A DNA stretch of 64,000 bases from contig CAVQQQ010000003.1 of assembly GCA_963715025.1 (NCBI GenBank), positions 406,984-470,983 on the forward strand, read 5' to 3'. Below are positions 47,625-56,647 of this stretch, piece after piece (position 1 is the stretch's first letter; each line of letters starts with the position of its first letter). This stretch comes from an uncultured Actinomycetota bacterium. Lineage in GTDB: Bacteria > Actinomycetota > Actinomycetes > Actinomycetales > Dermatophilaceae. Below the pieces are notes generated by a model, which saw nothing but the letters and a program-made list of their open reading frames with translations, searched no databases and was not told the origin of the DNA. A program made the position numbers and the translations under genes.

Positions 47625-49189
47625 GACCACCCCTCCTCGCCCGCCAGCAGGGCAACCGCGTGGCGGGTCGCCTGGGCGTTGGACAGGAACACTGCGGCGC
47701 CAGCGGCTCGCAGCGTCTCGGCGCAGCGGGTGAGCCCCTGCGGGTCCGCCTCGACGCCGGTGAGGGACACGACGACCGGCAGGTCGGCGCCACGGCCTCG
47801 GGCGGCGGCCTTGGCGCCGGTGATCGCCTCGGCCAGCTCGCCCGCGGGATCGGGATGCGACCCGTAGCCGAGCACGAGGTCCAGCAGCAGGACTCCGCAC
47901 CCGGGGTCGCGGGACTCCGCGCAGATGCGCTCGAGCCGCAGGCTGGGGTCGATCATCGGGTGCGGCCGGCCCTGGGTCATGCCGTCGTCGCCGAAGTCGA
48001 TGACGGTGTGCCCGTCCGAGGCCAGGTCGGGACCCAGAGCGAGCTCGGGCGAGAGCGGGGTGTTGGAGCGGATCTGCCCGAGCGTCTTGCCGGCGATGAG
48101 CATGGCCTCGTCCGCGAGCGTCCCGCCGCAGAACAGCCCGCGAAGCCACCCCCCTCTGTCGTCAGTGTTCGGAGGATGCCCGGGGCCGTGACTGCTGCGA
48201 TCCTCCGAAGACTCGGCAATCGATGCCCGGGCCGGCTCGCCGGGCGGCCCCCAGGCCGGCCACTCGGGGACGGGATGCCCCTCCGCCTCGAGTGCGGCCT
48301 CCACAGCCGCGGTGAGGTCTGGCTGGCCGGCTCCGAGCGTCGCCCAGTGGACCCGTAGACCCAGCCCACCGGCATACGCCTTGAGGGAGGCAAGAACCTC
48401 CGGCGCAGGCGGCTTCGAGACCACGACGACCCACTCGGTGGCAGGGTCGGCGGCGAAAGCCGCCAAGGCCTGGCGCGCCGAGCGTCCTCCGACAGCGGCC
48501 GAGAGGTCGCGCCCGCCGAGGCCGAGGCAGTGGCTCATGCCGACTCCGGCGGCGTCGAGGAGGCACATGACCTGCTGGGCTCCGGTCCCCGAGGCGGCCA
48601 CGAGTCCGACCGATCCGGGTCGCACGGCGTTGGCGAAGCCGAGTGCGACGCCGCCGACGACCGCGGTGCCGCAGTCAGGGCCCATGACCAGGACGTCGGC
48701 CGCCGTCGCGGCGTCCTTGAGCAGCACCTCGTCCTCGACCGGGACGTTGTCGCTGAACAGCATCACCGAGGCACCGCAGGCGATGGCGTCGAGGGCCTCG
48801 GCCGTGGCGTACCGCCCCGGCACCGAGACCATGGCCAGGGTGGCCGCGCCTCGACGGACCGCCCCGCCCAGCGTGTGCGGCGCCGGCGCCTGCCCGAAGC
48901 CGCCGCCGGCGCCCGAGGCAGCCTGGAGCCCGGTCAGGGCCGAATCGACGGCGCCGAGACCGGAGGTGATGCCCGCCTCGCTCGCGGCGCGGATCGCGAC
49001 GACCAGGTCGTTGGGGCCGGCATCCGGGACGGTGAAGCCCATGCCTGCGATGACATCGAGGTTGAGCTCGGTGGCCATCGCGACCTGGGCCGCCGTGACC
49101 CCTTCAGCCGCCGCGACAGCCCTGCTGACCTGCATCAGGCTGACCGAGTCGTAGTAGGAGCCGCTGCGGATCTCCACGTGGTCGGTCAT
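47621..49189 (-). CDS. fdrA: FdrA-family acyl-CoA synthetase-like protein
   Basis: VEIRSGSYYDSVSLMQVSRAV, plus CoA-ligase alpha-like regions (GPDCGTAVVGGVALGFAN, SGTGAQQVMCLLD). Confidence 0.85.
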   Translation of the reverse strand: MTDHVEIRSGSYYDSVSLMQVSRAVAAAEGVTAAQVAMATELNLDVIAGMGFTVPDAGPNDLVVAIRAASEAGITSGLGAVDSALTGLQAASGAGGGFGQAPAPHTLGGAVRRGAATLAMVSVPGRYATAEALDAIACGASVMLFSDNVPVEDEVLLKDAATAADVLVMGPDCGTAVVGGVALGFANAVRPGSVGLVAASGTGAQQVMCLLDAAGVGMSHCLGLGGRDLSAAVGGRSARQALAAFAADPATEWVVVVSKPPAPEVLASLKAYAGGLGLRVHWATLGAGQPDLTAAVEAALEAEGHPVPEWPAWGPPGEPARASIAESSEDRSSHGPGHPPNTDDRGGWLRGLFCGGTLADEAMLIAGKTLGQIRSNTPLSPELALGPDLASDGHTVIDFGDDGMTQGRPHPMIDPSLRLERICAESRDPGCGVLLLDLVLGYGSHPDPAGELAEAITGAKAAARGRGADLPVVVSLTGVEADPQGLTRCAETLRAAGAAVFLSNAQATRHAVALLAGEEGWS

Positions 49190-50064
49190 CGGGAGGCTCC
49201 TGCCAGGACGGGGTCGTCGAGGGCGTCGAGGGCCCCGCAGAGCCCGGCGACCAGATCGGACCCCGAGGAGTGGCCGATCGCGAGGACCTCCGGCAGGGCG
49301 GTCTCAGCGCCCGGGAGGTCACCGCCCGCGAGAGCCGAGGCGAGGCGCACGACGCACGTGACGGCATACCCCTCCATGGCGGTTCGCAGCAGCGAGGCCG
49401 ACAGGCTCGTGGTGCGGCCGACGTGTGCGGCGACAGCGGCCCGCACCGGGCCCAGCCGACCGCTGCCCGCCGCGCGGAGGGCGAGCAGGACACCGCAGAG
49501 CGCGTCGTCCCCAGAAGGGGTGAGCCCCGTGCCGAGCCCCACCATGCTTCGCGCCGACGCTGGGTCGCGCACCACGTCGGCGGCGCGGTCGCGCAGGGGG
49601 CTGGACGAGTCGAGTCTGACCGCCCGGCTGCTACCCGAGGCGGTCCGCACGCGGGCGGGTGACCAGGTGCGCACGGCGTCGACCCGCACCGCTCGCAGCT
49701 CGATTCGGCCCTCGCCGACTGTGGCGTGATCCCCGGGCTGCACCCTCCAGTGCAGCTGGTGCGACGGCAAACCCAGGCGTATGCCGGTCGGCAGCGCCAG
49801 CGCATCCACCGCCAGCAGCGGCAGCACCTCTGTCCGGACCTGAGCGCGCCGCGGGGTTGGCAGCGCATTCACCTCCGCGCGGGTGCGGCTCGCTCCGGCC
49901 GGCCCAGTGACGGGATCGAGGCCGAGGTAGACGACCGTGGGGAAGACGCCGATTACGCAGGCCCGGCGCGAGGGTCCGGTGACGATGTCGGTCACCAGGG
50001 CAGAGACGGCCCCTGGCCAGCGGGTCGGGGCTCTGGCGCTCAGCACGTTGGCGACGGTATCCAC
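49186..50064 (-). CDS. DUF2877 (YlbF-like) protein
   Basis: MVGLGTGLTPSGDDALCGVLLALRA and AIGHSSGSDLVAGL. The stop overlaps the fdrA start. Confidence 0.6.
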   Translation of the reverse strand: MDTVANVLSARAPTRWPGAVSALVTDIVTGPSRRACVIGVFPTVVYLGLDPVTGPAGASRTRAEVNALPTPRRAQVRTEVLPLLAVDALALPTGIRLGLPSHQLHWRVQPGDHATVGEGRIELRAVRVDAVRTWSPARVRTASGSSRAVRLDSSSPLRDRAADVVRDPASARSMVGLGTGLTPSGDDALCGVLLALRAAGSGRLGPVRAAVAAHVGRTTSLSASLLRTAMEGYAVTCVVRLASALAGGDLPGAETALPEVLAIGHSSGSDLVAGLCGALDALDDPVLAGASR

Positions 50065-50081
50065 CCCACTACAGTGCCTTC

Positions 50082-51782
50082 ATGGTGAAAGTTGCCAACG
50101 ATGGCGTGCTCATCGACCGTGAGTTGACATCGGACCTGCGACGCCCGGTGGTCCCTCGGATCACCCTTCGTGACGTGCTGGCGCTGCCATCGGCGGTCGG
50201 CGCCCAAGTCGTCGGCAGCGCGGACCTCGACCGGAGCGTGACCCGCGCGACGGTGCTCGACAGTGTCGGCCTGCCGATCAGCGGCGTGCGCCACCACGTG
50301 CTGGTGGTCCGGCGCGACGACTTCGCCACCGAGGGGCAGGAGGTGTGGGCGCCGCTGACAGTGATGGCGCAGGCGGGAGCGGCCGCCGTTGCCGTCGCCG
50401 ACGCCGTGCCCGGCGACGCCCAGGCCTGGGCGGCGGACGCAGCCCGGCTCGCGATGCCGCTGCTCCTCCTGGCGGCCGACGCGTCGGGAGAGCGCCTCGC
50501 CAGCGAGGTGCTGGGGGTGATGCTCGACCACCACAGCGGGATCCTCGAGCGGGAGGACGAGGTGCATCGCACCCTCGTGCAGATCGTCCTGGCGGGCGGC
50601 TCGCTGCGCGACCTGTGCGAGCAGCTGGTGGGCTTCTACGACGGGGCAGCCATGGTGACCACGAGTGACGGGCGGGTCCTGGCGATCGGCGGCTCCGCGG
50701 AGGAACTGGCCCACGCACTGGCCCTCGACTGCTTCGACCGCACGGGGCGACTGATCACAGAGAGCGAGCCCACCGGCATACGGGCACCACAGGACCCGCG
50801 GGGCAACCGGGCCATGGTCCGCATCGTGGCCGGGTCGCTCGACCATGGGCGGCTGGTGGCATTCTGCAGCCACCGACGCCTGACCGCCGACGACGTGCAC
50901 CTGCTGGAGCGGGCCGCGACCGTCGCCGCGCTGGCGATCACCAAGGAGCAGGCGGTCTCTGCGGTGGAGAGCAAGTATCGCGCCGAGTTCCTGCGCGACG
51001 CGCTGGCCGGGCGTGCCGGAGCGCCCGACGAGGCGATCGCACACGCGCAGTCGCTGGGCTGGGACATCGATCGGCGCATGGTCGTGGTCGTCGCCGAAAC
51101 CGACGAGGACGACGACCACACCACGCGGCCGTCCGAGGAGGTCCGCTCGCTGCAGCAGCGGTTCGCCCGGGCGTGGACCCAGGCAGTCGCGGTGCGCGAC
51201 CCGCGGACCCCGGTGATGGGGTTCAGCCAGGAGGTCGTGGCGCTGTTCCCGGTCCCCGAGGCGGCCGAGGTCGAGGCGATCATGCGCTCGGTGTCGGAGG
51301 TCGTGCGCGTGGTGCGGGGCGACGGCGGCGGGGGGCGGCGGACGTTCTCGACGGGTGTGTCCCGTCCGATCTCGTCGCTGGCTGACCTGCCGGTGGCGTA
51401 CGACGAGGCCCTGAGCGCGGTGGGCGTCGGCCGGCAGATGCACGGCGACTCGGCGCTGACGCACTTCGACGGGCTGGGCATCTACCGGCTGCTCGCGCTC
51501 ATCCCCGACAGCGCGGACCTGCGGCGGTTCGTGACCGAGTCGCTGGGCGAGCTGGCCACGGACGACTCACCGGAGTACGCCGACCTGCGCCGGACCCTGG
51601 CGATACTGATCGACACCAACCTGAACGTCGCCGAGACCGCGCGCCGGCTGTTCTTCCACTACAACACGCTGCGCTACCGGATCGTGAAACTGGAGAAGAT
51701 GCTCGGCCCGTTCACCACGGACCCGCAGCTGCGGCTGACTCTGGCGCTGGCGCTCAAGGTGCACCAGATGCGCGGCATCTGA
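50082..51782 (+). CDS. PucR-family transcriptional regulator
   Basis: N-terminal ITLRDVLALPSAVGAQVVG...LDRSVTRATVLDS. C-terminal PucR HTH LRRTLAILIDTNLNVAETARRLFFHYNTLRYRIVKLEKMLG. The start is uncertain. Confidence 0.85.
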   Translation: MVKVANDGVLIDRELTSDLRRPVVPRITLRDVLALPSAVGAQVVGSADLDRSVTRATVLDSVGLPISGVRHHVLVVRRDDFATEGQEVWAPLTVMAQAGAAAVAVADAVPGDAQAWAADAARLAMPLLLLAADASGERLASEVLGVMLDHHSGILEREDEVHRTLVQIVLAGGSLRDLCEQLVGFYDGAAMVTTSDGRVLAIGGSAEELAHALALDCFDRTGRLITESEPTGIRAPQDPRGNRAMVRIVAGSLDHGRLVAFCSHRRLTADDVHLLERAATVAALAITKEQAVSAVESKYRAEFLRDALAGRAGAPDEAIAHAQSLGWDIDRRMVVVVAETDEDDDHTTRPSEEVRSLQQRFARAWTQAVAVRDPRTPVMGFSQEVVALFPVPEAAEVEAIMRSVSEVVRVVRGDGGGGRRTFSTGVSRPISSLADLPVAYDEALSAVGVGRQMHGDSALTHFDGLGIYRLLALIPDSADLRRFVTESLGELATDDSPEYADLRRTLAILIDTNLNVAETARRLFFHYNTLRYRIVKLEKMLGPFTTDPQLRLTLALALKVHQMRGI

Positions 51783-51839
51783 CGTCATTCACAGCCTGGG
51801 TGCAGGTTTCCCTCGGTCGGCGGGCGGGGATCATGAAAC

Positions 51840-53372
51840 ATGGCCGCATCCGAGCACGAGGAGACCGAGCGCAAGTACGACGTCGACGGGTCGATCCCGC
51901 TCCCCCGGCTGGACACGCTCGACGGAGTGACGGCGGTCGCGCAGGCCGTCACGCAGGACCTCGAGGCGCAGTACTTCGACACCTCGAACCTCGATCTCAG
52001 CCGCCACGGCGTGACGCTCCGGCGCCGCACTGGTGGCGAGGACGCAGGCTGGCACCTCAAACTTCCGGCACGCGGTGACACCAGGACCGAAGTACGGCTC
52101 CCGCTCGGTCCCGGGCACGAGGAGGTGCCAGCGGGGCTCCTCGCGCCGGTTCGGGCCATCGTCCGGGACCGCTCGCTCAGACCGGTCGCGGGCGTGCGCA
52201 CCCGTCGCCTGGCCTACGACCTCCTCGATGACGAGGGGCGCAGACTCGCTCAGGTCTGCGACGACACGGTGACAGCCGAGAGGCACGCTGTGGAGTCGGC
52301 CGTGCAGCACTGGCGGGAGTGGGAGGTCGAGCTCGCCGACGGCCCCGACACCCTGCTCGACGCCGTCGAGGAGGCCCTCCTGGACGCCGGCGCCGTGCGG
52401 GCCACCAGCCGGTCCAAGCTGGCTCGCACGCTGGGCGAGGCGGTGCCCGCGCCGCGTGACAAGCCCTCCCCGGAGCAGCTGGCCAGCGGCGCCGCCGCAG
52501 ACGTCCTGCTCGCCCACCAGGCCGAGCACATCGCCCACCTCTGGGAGCAGGACGCCCGGGTGCGGGCCGACCAGCCCGGATCCATCCACAAGCTCCGCAT
52601 CGCCGCCCGCCGGCTGCGCTCCGCCCTGACCACCTACCGACCGCTGCTCCTGGAGGAGTCCTCGGAGCCGCTGCGCGACGAGCTGCGCTGGCTGGGCCAG
52701 ACCCTGGGCGCCGCCCGGGATGCCGAGGTGCTGCGCGAGCGCCTCGACGACCTCGTCGCCGCGCAGCCGGCCGAGCTCGTCATGGGTCCCGTGGCGGCCC
52801 GGATCGACCGCGAGCTCGCGTCCGCCTACCAGGCCGGCCGCGAGGAGACCCTTGCCGTGCTCGACGGCGAGCGCTACTTCCGCCTCCTCGACGCCCTCGA
52901 CGCCATGTGCGAGTCGCCGCCGCTGGCGCCCGGAGCGGACCACCCGGCGTCCGAGGTCCTGCCGCGGCTGCTGGCCCGTGACACCAGGCGGCTGCGGCGG
53001 GCCGTGGCAGCCGCGAAGCACAGCGAATCTGCCGACCAGCGGGACCCGGCTCTGCACGAGGCGCGCAAGAAGGCCAAGCGGCTCCGCTACGCCGCCGATT
53101 CGACCGTGCCGGTCTTCGGTAACAGGGCGGAGGAGCTCAGCGCGGCCGCGAAACGGGTCCAGCAGGCGCTGGGACTGCACCAGGACGCCGTGGTCGCTCG
53201 GCGGAAACTGCGGGAGTTTGCCGTGCAGGCCTACCTCGACGGTGACAACGGCTTCACCTTCGGACGGATGCATGCCCTGGAGGAGAGGCGAGCCGAGGAC
53301 GCCGAGCGGGCATTCCGGAAGGCGTGGAAGAAGGTCCCGCGCACGAAGGTGCGGCGGTGGATCACGGCATAG
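51840..53372 (+). CDS. CYTH and CHAD domain-containing protein
   Basis: CYTH N-terminus ETERKYDV...LEAQYFDTSNLDLSRHGVTLRRR...GWHLKLP. The CHAD region has IHKLRIAARRLRSAL and LHEARKKAKRLRYA. Confidence 0.8.
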   Translation: MAASEHEETERKYDVDGSIPLPRLDTLDGVTAVAQAVTQDLEAQYFDTSNLDLSRHGVTLRRRTGGEDAGWHLKLPARGDTRTEVRLPLGPGHEEVPAGLLAPVRAIVRDRSLRPVAGVRTRRLAYDLLDDEGRRLAQVCDDTVTAERHAVESAVQHWREWEVELADGPDTLLDAVEEALLDAGAVRATSRSKLARTLGEAVPAPRDKPSPEQLASGAAADVLLAHQAEHIAHLWEQDARVRADQPGSIHKLRIAARRLRSALTTYRPLLLEESSEPLRDELRWLGQTLGAARDAEVLRERLDDLVAAQPAELVMGPVAARIDRELASAYQAGREETLAVLDGERYFRLLDALDAMCESPPLAPGADHPASEVLPRLLARDTRRLRRAVAAAKHSESADQRDPALHEARKKAKRLRYAADSTVPVFGNRAEELSAAAKRVQQALGLHQDAVVARRKLREFAVQAYLDGDNGFTFGRMHALEERRAEDAERAFRKAWKKVPRTKVRRWITA

Positions 53373-53557
53373 GCCGTCGGTCGCGGCGCTCGGGCCCATG
53401 GTGACCAAGGAGAAGCGGCGTGTCATAGCAACATTTGCCCAACGCGCCGCCCCGGTGTGCCGCTAGGTTGCGCCCTATCCCGCGAGGGTGTGAGCCACGC
53501 CATATGGGATGGCGTGCGCGCAACGGCGCGCAGTCGACCTGCGCAGAAGGAGTCGGC

Positions 53558-55015
53558 ATGTCCTTGGGTTTGGGTTGGAGACTCCATGGTGACGGGCGCA
53601 CCATGGGCCCGGACGACGTCGTCGCCCCCGACGAGCGTCTGTCCTGGGGCAAGACCGTTGGTCTAGGAGCCCAGCACGTCGTCGCCATGTTCGGCGCGAC
53701 CTTCGTCTTCCCGCTGATCATGGGCCTCAATGCCCAGCTCGCGATCATGATGAGCGGCATCGCCACGATCTGCTTCCTGCTGATCGTCCAGGGCAAGGTG
53801 CCCAGCTACCTCGGCACCTCCGCCTCGTTCGTCGGCGGTGTCGCCGCCATCCGCGCGCAGGGCGGCGACTCCGCCAGGGTCACCGGCGCGATCCTGGTAG
53901 CCGGCGTCGTCCTGGCCCTCGTGGGTGTGCTGATCCACTACATGGGCTCCGGGGTCCTCCATCGCGTCCTTCCGCCCGTCGTGACCGGCGCCGTCGTCAT
54001 GCTCATCGGGTTCAACCTCGCCCCGGTGGTCGCCAACATCTACTGGCCGCAGGACCAGTGGGTCGCCCTGCTCGTCATGACCTTCACCATCGTGTGCGCG
54101 GTCGCGTTCAGGGGCTTCATCGGGCGGATCGCCGTCTTCCTCGCCCTCGTCTTCGGCTACATCCTCTCGTGGCTCTTCGACAAGATCTTCGGCCAGATCA
54201 CGGCGTTCGATCCCGGCGCCGGCAAGATCACGACCCACTTCCGCACCAACTTCGACGGCATCAAGGCGGCCGACTGGATCGGGTTCCCGCCGCACAGCAG
54301 CATCGTCGGCGGGAAGGAGATCGTCGGCTGGCACGCTCCGTCGTTCTCCGTCGCAGCGATCCTGCTCGTCCTCCCGGCCGTCATCGCCCTGATCGCCGAG
54401 AACACCGGACACGTCAAGGCCGTCGCCGAGATGACCGGCCACGACCTCGACCCGGTGATGGGCCGGGCCATCGCAGCCGACGGCTTCGGCACCGCCCTCG
54501 CGTCGGCGGTCGGCGGCTCGCCCACTACCACCTACGCCGAGAACATCGGCGTCATGGCCGCCACCCGTGTCTACTCCACGGCCGCCTATTACGTCGCGGC
54601 GCTGGTCGCGATCCTCTTCGGCCTCTCGCCCAAGTTCGGCGCCCTCGTGGCCTCGACCCCGGGCGGGGTCCTCGGCGGCATCACCGTCGTCCTCTACGGC
54701 ATGATCGGCCTCCTCGGCGCCAAGATCTGGAAGGAGAACGGCGTCGACTTCGGCAACCCGATCAACCTCGTCCCGATCGCTGCCGGCATCGTCATCGGCA
54801 TCGGCAACGTGACGCTGAAGTTCACCGAGGACTTCTCCCTCACCGGCATCGCGCTCGGCACGATCGTCGCCGTGGCAGCCTTCCACCTGGCCAAGGCGCT
54901 CGCGCCCGGCGAGCTGCGGGTCCGGCACGAAGGTGCGCTCATCACCGTCGGCGGTGACGAGACCTACGGCGACAGCGACGGCATCGACGACCTCGAGCAG
55001 GAAGACCGCCACTAG
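53558..55015 (+). CDS. NCS2 family nucleobase (uracil/xanthine-type) permease
   Basis: ATG at 53558 with GAAGGAG upstream. LGAQHVVAMFGATFVFPLIMG, YLGTSASFVGG, TTYAENIGVMAATRVYS. Confidence 0.85.
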   Translation: MSLGLGWRLHGDGRTMGPDDVVAPDERLSWGKTVGLGAQHVVAMFGATFVFPLIMGLNAQLAIMMSGIATICFLLIVQGKVPSYLGTSASFVGGVAAIRAQGGDSARVTGAILVAGVVLALVGVLIHYMGSGVLHRVLPPVVTGAVVMLIGFNLAPVVANIYWPQDQWVALLVMTFTIVCAVAFRGFIGRIAVFLALVFGYILSWLFDKIFGQITAFDPGAGKITTHFRTNFDGIKAADWIGFPPHSSIVGGKEIVGWHAPSFSVAAILLVLPAVIALIAENTGHVKAVAEMTGHDLDPVMGRAIAADGFGTALASAVGGSPTTTYAENIGVMAATRVYSTAAYYVAALVAILFGLSPKFGALVASTPGGVLGGITVVLYGMIGLLGAKIWKENGVDFGNPINLVPIAAGIVIGIGNVTLKFTEDFSLTGIALGTIVAVAAFHLAKALAPGELRVRHEGALITVGGDETYGDSDGIDDLEQEDRH

Positions 55016-55040
55016 CTGTTGCCCGGATGGAGAGAGGCAC

Positions 55041-55076
55041 GGCTGGGCCCCCGCCCCGGAGGGTGGGGGCCCAGCC
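55041..55076 (+). terminator. Strong GC hairpin downstream of the permease gene
   Basis: GGCTGGGCCCCC (55041-55052) pairs perfectly with GGGGGCCCAGCC (55065-55076) over a 12-nt loop. There is no U-tract. Confidence 0.45.
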
Positions 55077-55202
55077 GCATCGACACGGGCTGCCAAGAAG
55101 CCGTCGCCCGGGCCGACACACGGCAGAAAGTGCCAAACGAATCCGCCCAGGGTGCATCCATTCACCTAGTGGCGGCCCGACACACGAGGCAGGATCAGTC
55201 CG

Positions 55203-56084
55203 GTGAAGCCCGCGCCCTTCGCCTACCACGCGCCGCGCTCCGTCGAGGAGGCCGTCGCGGTGCTGGCACAGGTCGGCCACGACGGCAAGGTGCTCGCGGG
55301 CGGCCAGAGCCTGATCCCGATCCTGGCCATGCGGCTGGCCTCCCCCGCCCACCTGATCGACGTCAACCGGGTCGCCGGCCTCGACACCATCGAGGTGCAG
55401 GACAACGCAGTGCGGGTGGGTGCGCTGGTGCGCCACGCGCAGCTGGAGCGAAGCCCAGACGCGTATGCCGTGCAGCCGGCTCTCCGGCAGGCGCTCATCC
55501 ATGTGGCCCATCCCGCGATCAGGAACCGCGGCACGACCGTGGGCTCCCTGGCGCACGCCGACGCGGCGGGCGAGATGCCCGCGATCCTGGCTCTGACCGA
55601 CGGCGTCATCGAGGCGGTCGGCCCGGCTGGCGCGCGCGAGATTGCCTCTCCCGACTTCTTCCTGGGCGCGCTCGAGACCTCGTTGGCCGCGGACGAGCTG
55701 GCCGTGGCTGCCCGCTTCGGCAGGTTCGGCGAGGGCTCCGGGACGGCGTTCGCCGAGACGGCCAGGAGGTCCGGCGACTACGCGCTGGCCGGGGTCGCCG
55801 CGGCAGTCGTCGTCACGGCCGGCGTGATCACGCACGCGCGGGTGTCGTTCGTCTCGCTGACCGAGGTGCCGTCGGTGCTCGACCTGACCGAGACGGTCAA
55901 GGGGTCCGAGTCGGCAGCCACCGACTGGTCCGAGGCGGCGGACGCCGTGCGGTCACACGTGTCGCCCGAGGGCGACATCCACGCCACCGCCGACTACCGG
56001 CGAATGCTCGCGGGCGAACTCGCCCGCCGCGTGCTGGCCGAGGCGGCTGCGCGCGCCGACGAGACGAAGGGTGCGCACGCATGA
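55203..56084 (+). CDS. Molybdenum hydroxylase FAD-binding medium subunit (CoxM/CutM-like)
   Basis: GTG at 55203. FAYHAPRSVEEAVAVL...KVLAGGQSLIPILAMRLASP...IRNRGTVGGSLAHAD-type motifs are present as IRNRGTTVGSLAHAD. Confidence 0.85.
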   Translation: MKPAPFAYHAPRSVEEAVAVLAQVGHDGKVLAGGQSLIPILAMRLASPAHLIDVNRVAGLDTIEVQDNAVRVGALVRHAQLERSPDAYAVQPALRQALIHVAHPAIRNRGTTVGSLAHADAAGEMPAILALTDGVIEAVGPAGAREIASPDFFLGALETSLAADELAVAARFGRFGEGSGTAFAETARRSGDYALAGVAAAVVVTAGVITHARVSFVSLTEVPSVLDLTETVKGSESAATDWSEAADAVRSHVSPEGDIHATADYRRMLAGELARRVLAEAAARADETKGAHA

Positions 56085-56647
56085 CCGAGACCGTGGCGGG
56101 CGAGGCGCTGCACGAGGTCACGGTGCGGGTCAACGGCATAGCGCGCACCGCGGCCGTCCCCGCGCGCAGGCTGCTCTCCGACTTCCTCCGCCACGACCTG
56201 CGGCTCACCGGCACTCACGTCGGCTGCGAGCACGGGGTCTGCGGCGCCTGCACCGTGCTGGTCGACGGCCGGCCGATGCGCTCCTGCCTCATGTTCGCCG
56301 TGCAGGCGACTGCCCACGAGATCACCACCGCCGAGGGGCTGGCCGCAGCCTCCGATGCCGCCGCGTACTCCCCCGGCGACCGGACGAGCACCACGATGAG
56401 CCCGGTGCAGCAGGCCTTCATCGAGTGCCATGGCCTCCAGTGCGGTTTCTGCACCCCAGGCTTCCTCACCACGGTCACGGCCTTCCTCGAGGAGAACCCC
56501 CACCCGTCCGAGGCCGAGGCGCGCGAGGCGATCTCGGGCAACCTGTGCCGCTGCACCGGCTACCAGAACATCGTCAAGTCGGTGCTCCGCGCCGCCGAGA
56601 TCAGGGCGGAGCGCTCGAGCGGCCCGGGAGAGGTGCCGAGGTCATGA
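56081..56647 (+). CDS. Molybdenum hydroxylase [2Fe-2S] small subunit (CoxS-like)
   Basis: ATG overlaps the upstream stop. GCEHGVCGACTVLVDG and QCGFCTPGFL...NLCRCTGYQNI. Confidence 0.9.
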   Translation: MTETVAGEALHEVTVRVNGIARTAAVPARRLLSDFLRHDLRLTGTHVGCEHGVCGACTVLVDGRPMRSCLMFAVQATAHEITTAEGLAAASDAAAYSPGDRTSTTMSPVQQAFIECHGLQCGFCTPGFLTTVTAFLEENPHPSEAEAREAISGNLCRCTGYQNIVKSVLRAAEIRAERSSGPGEVPRS

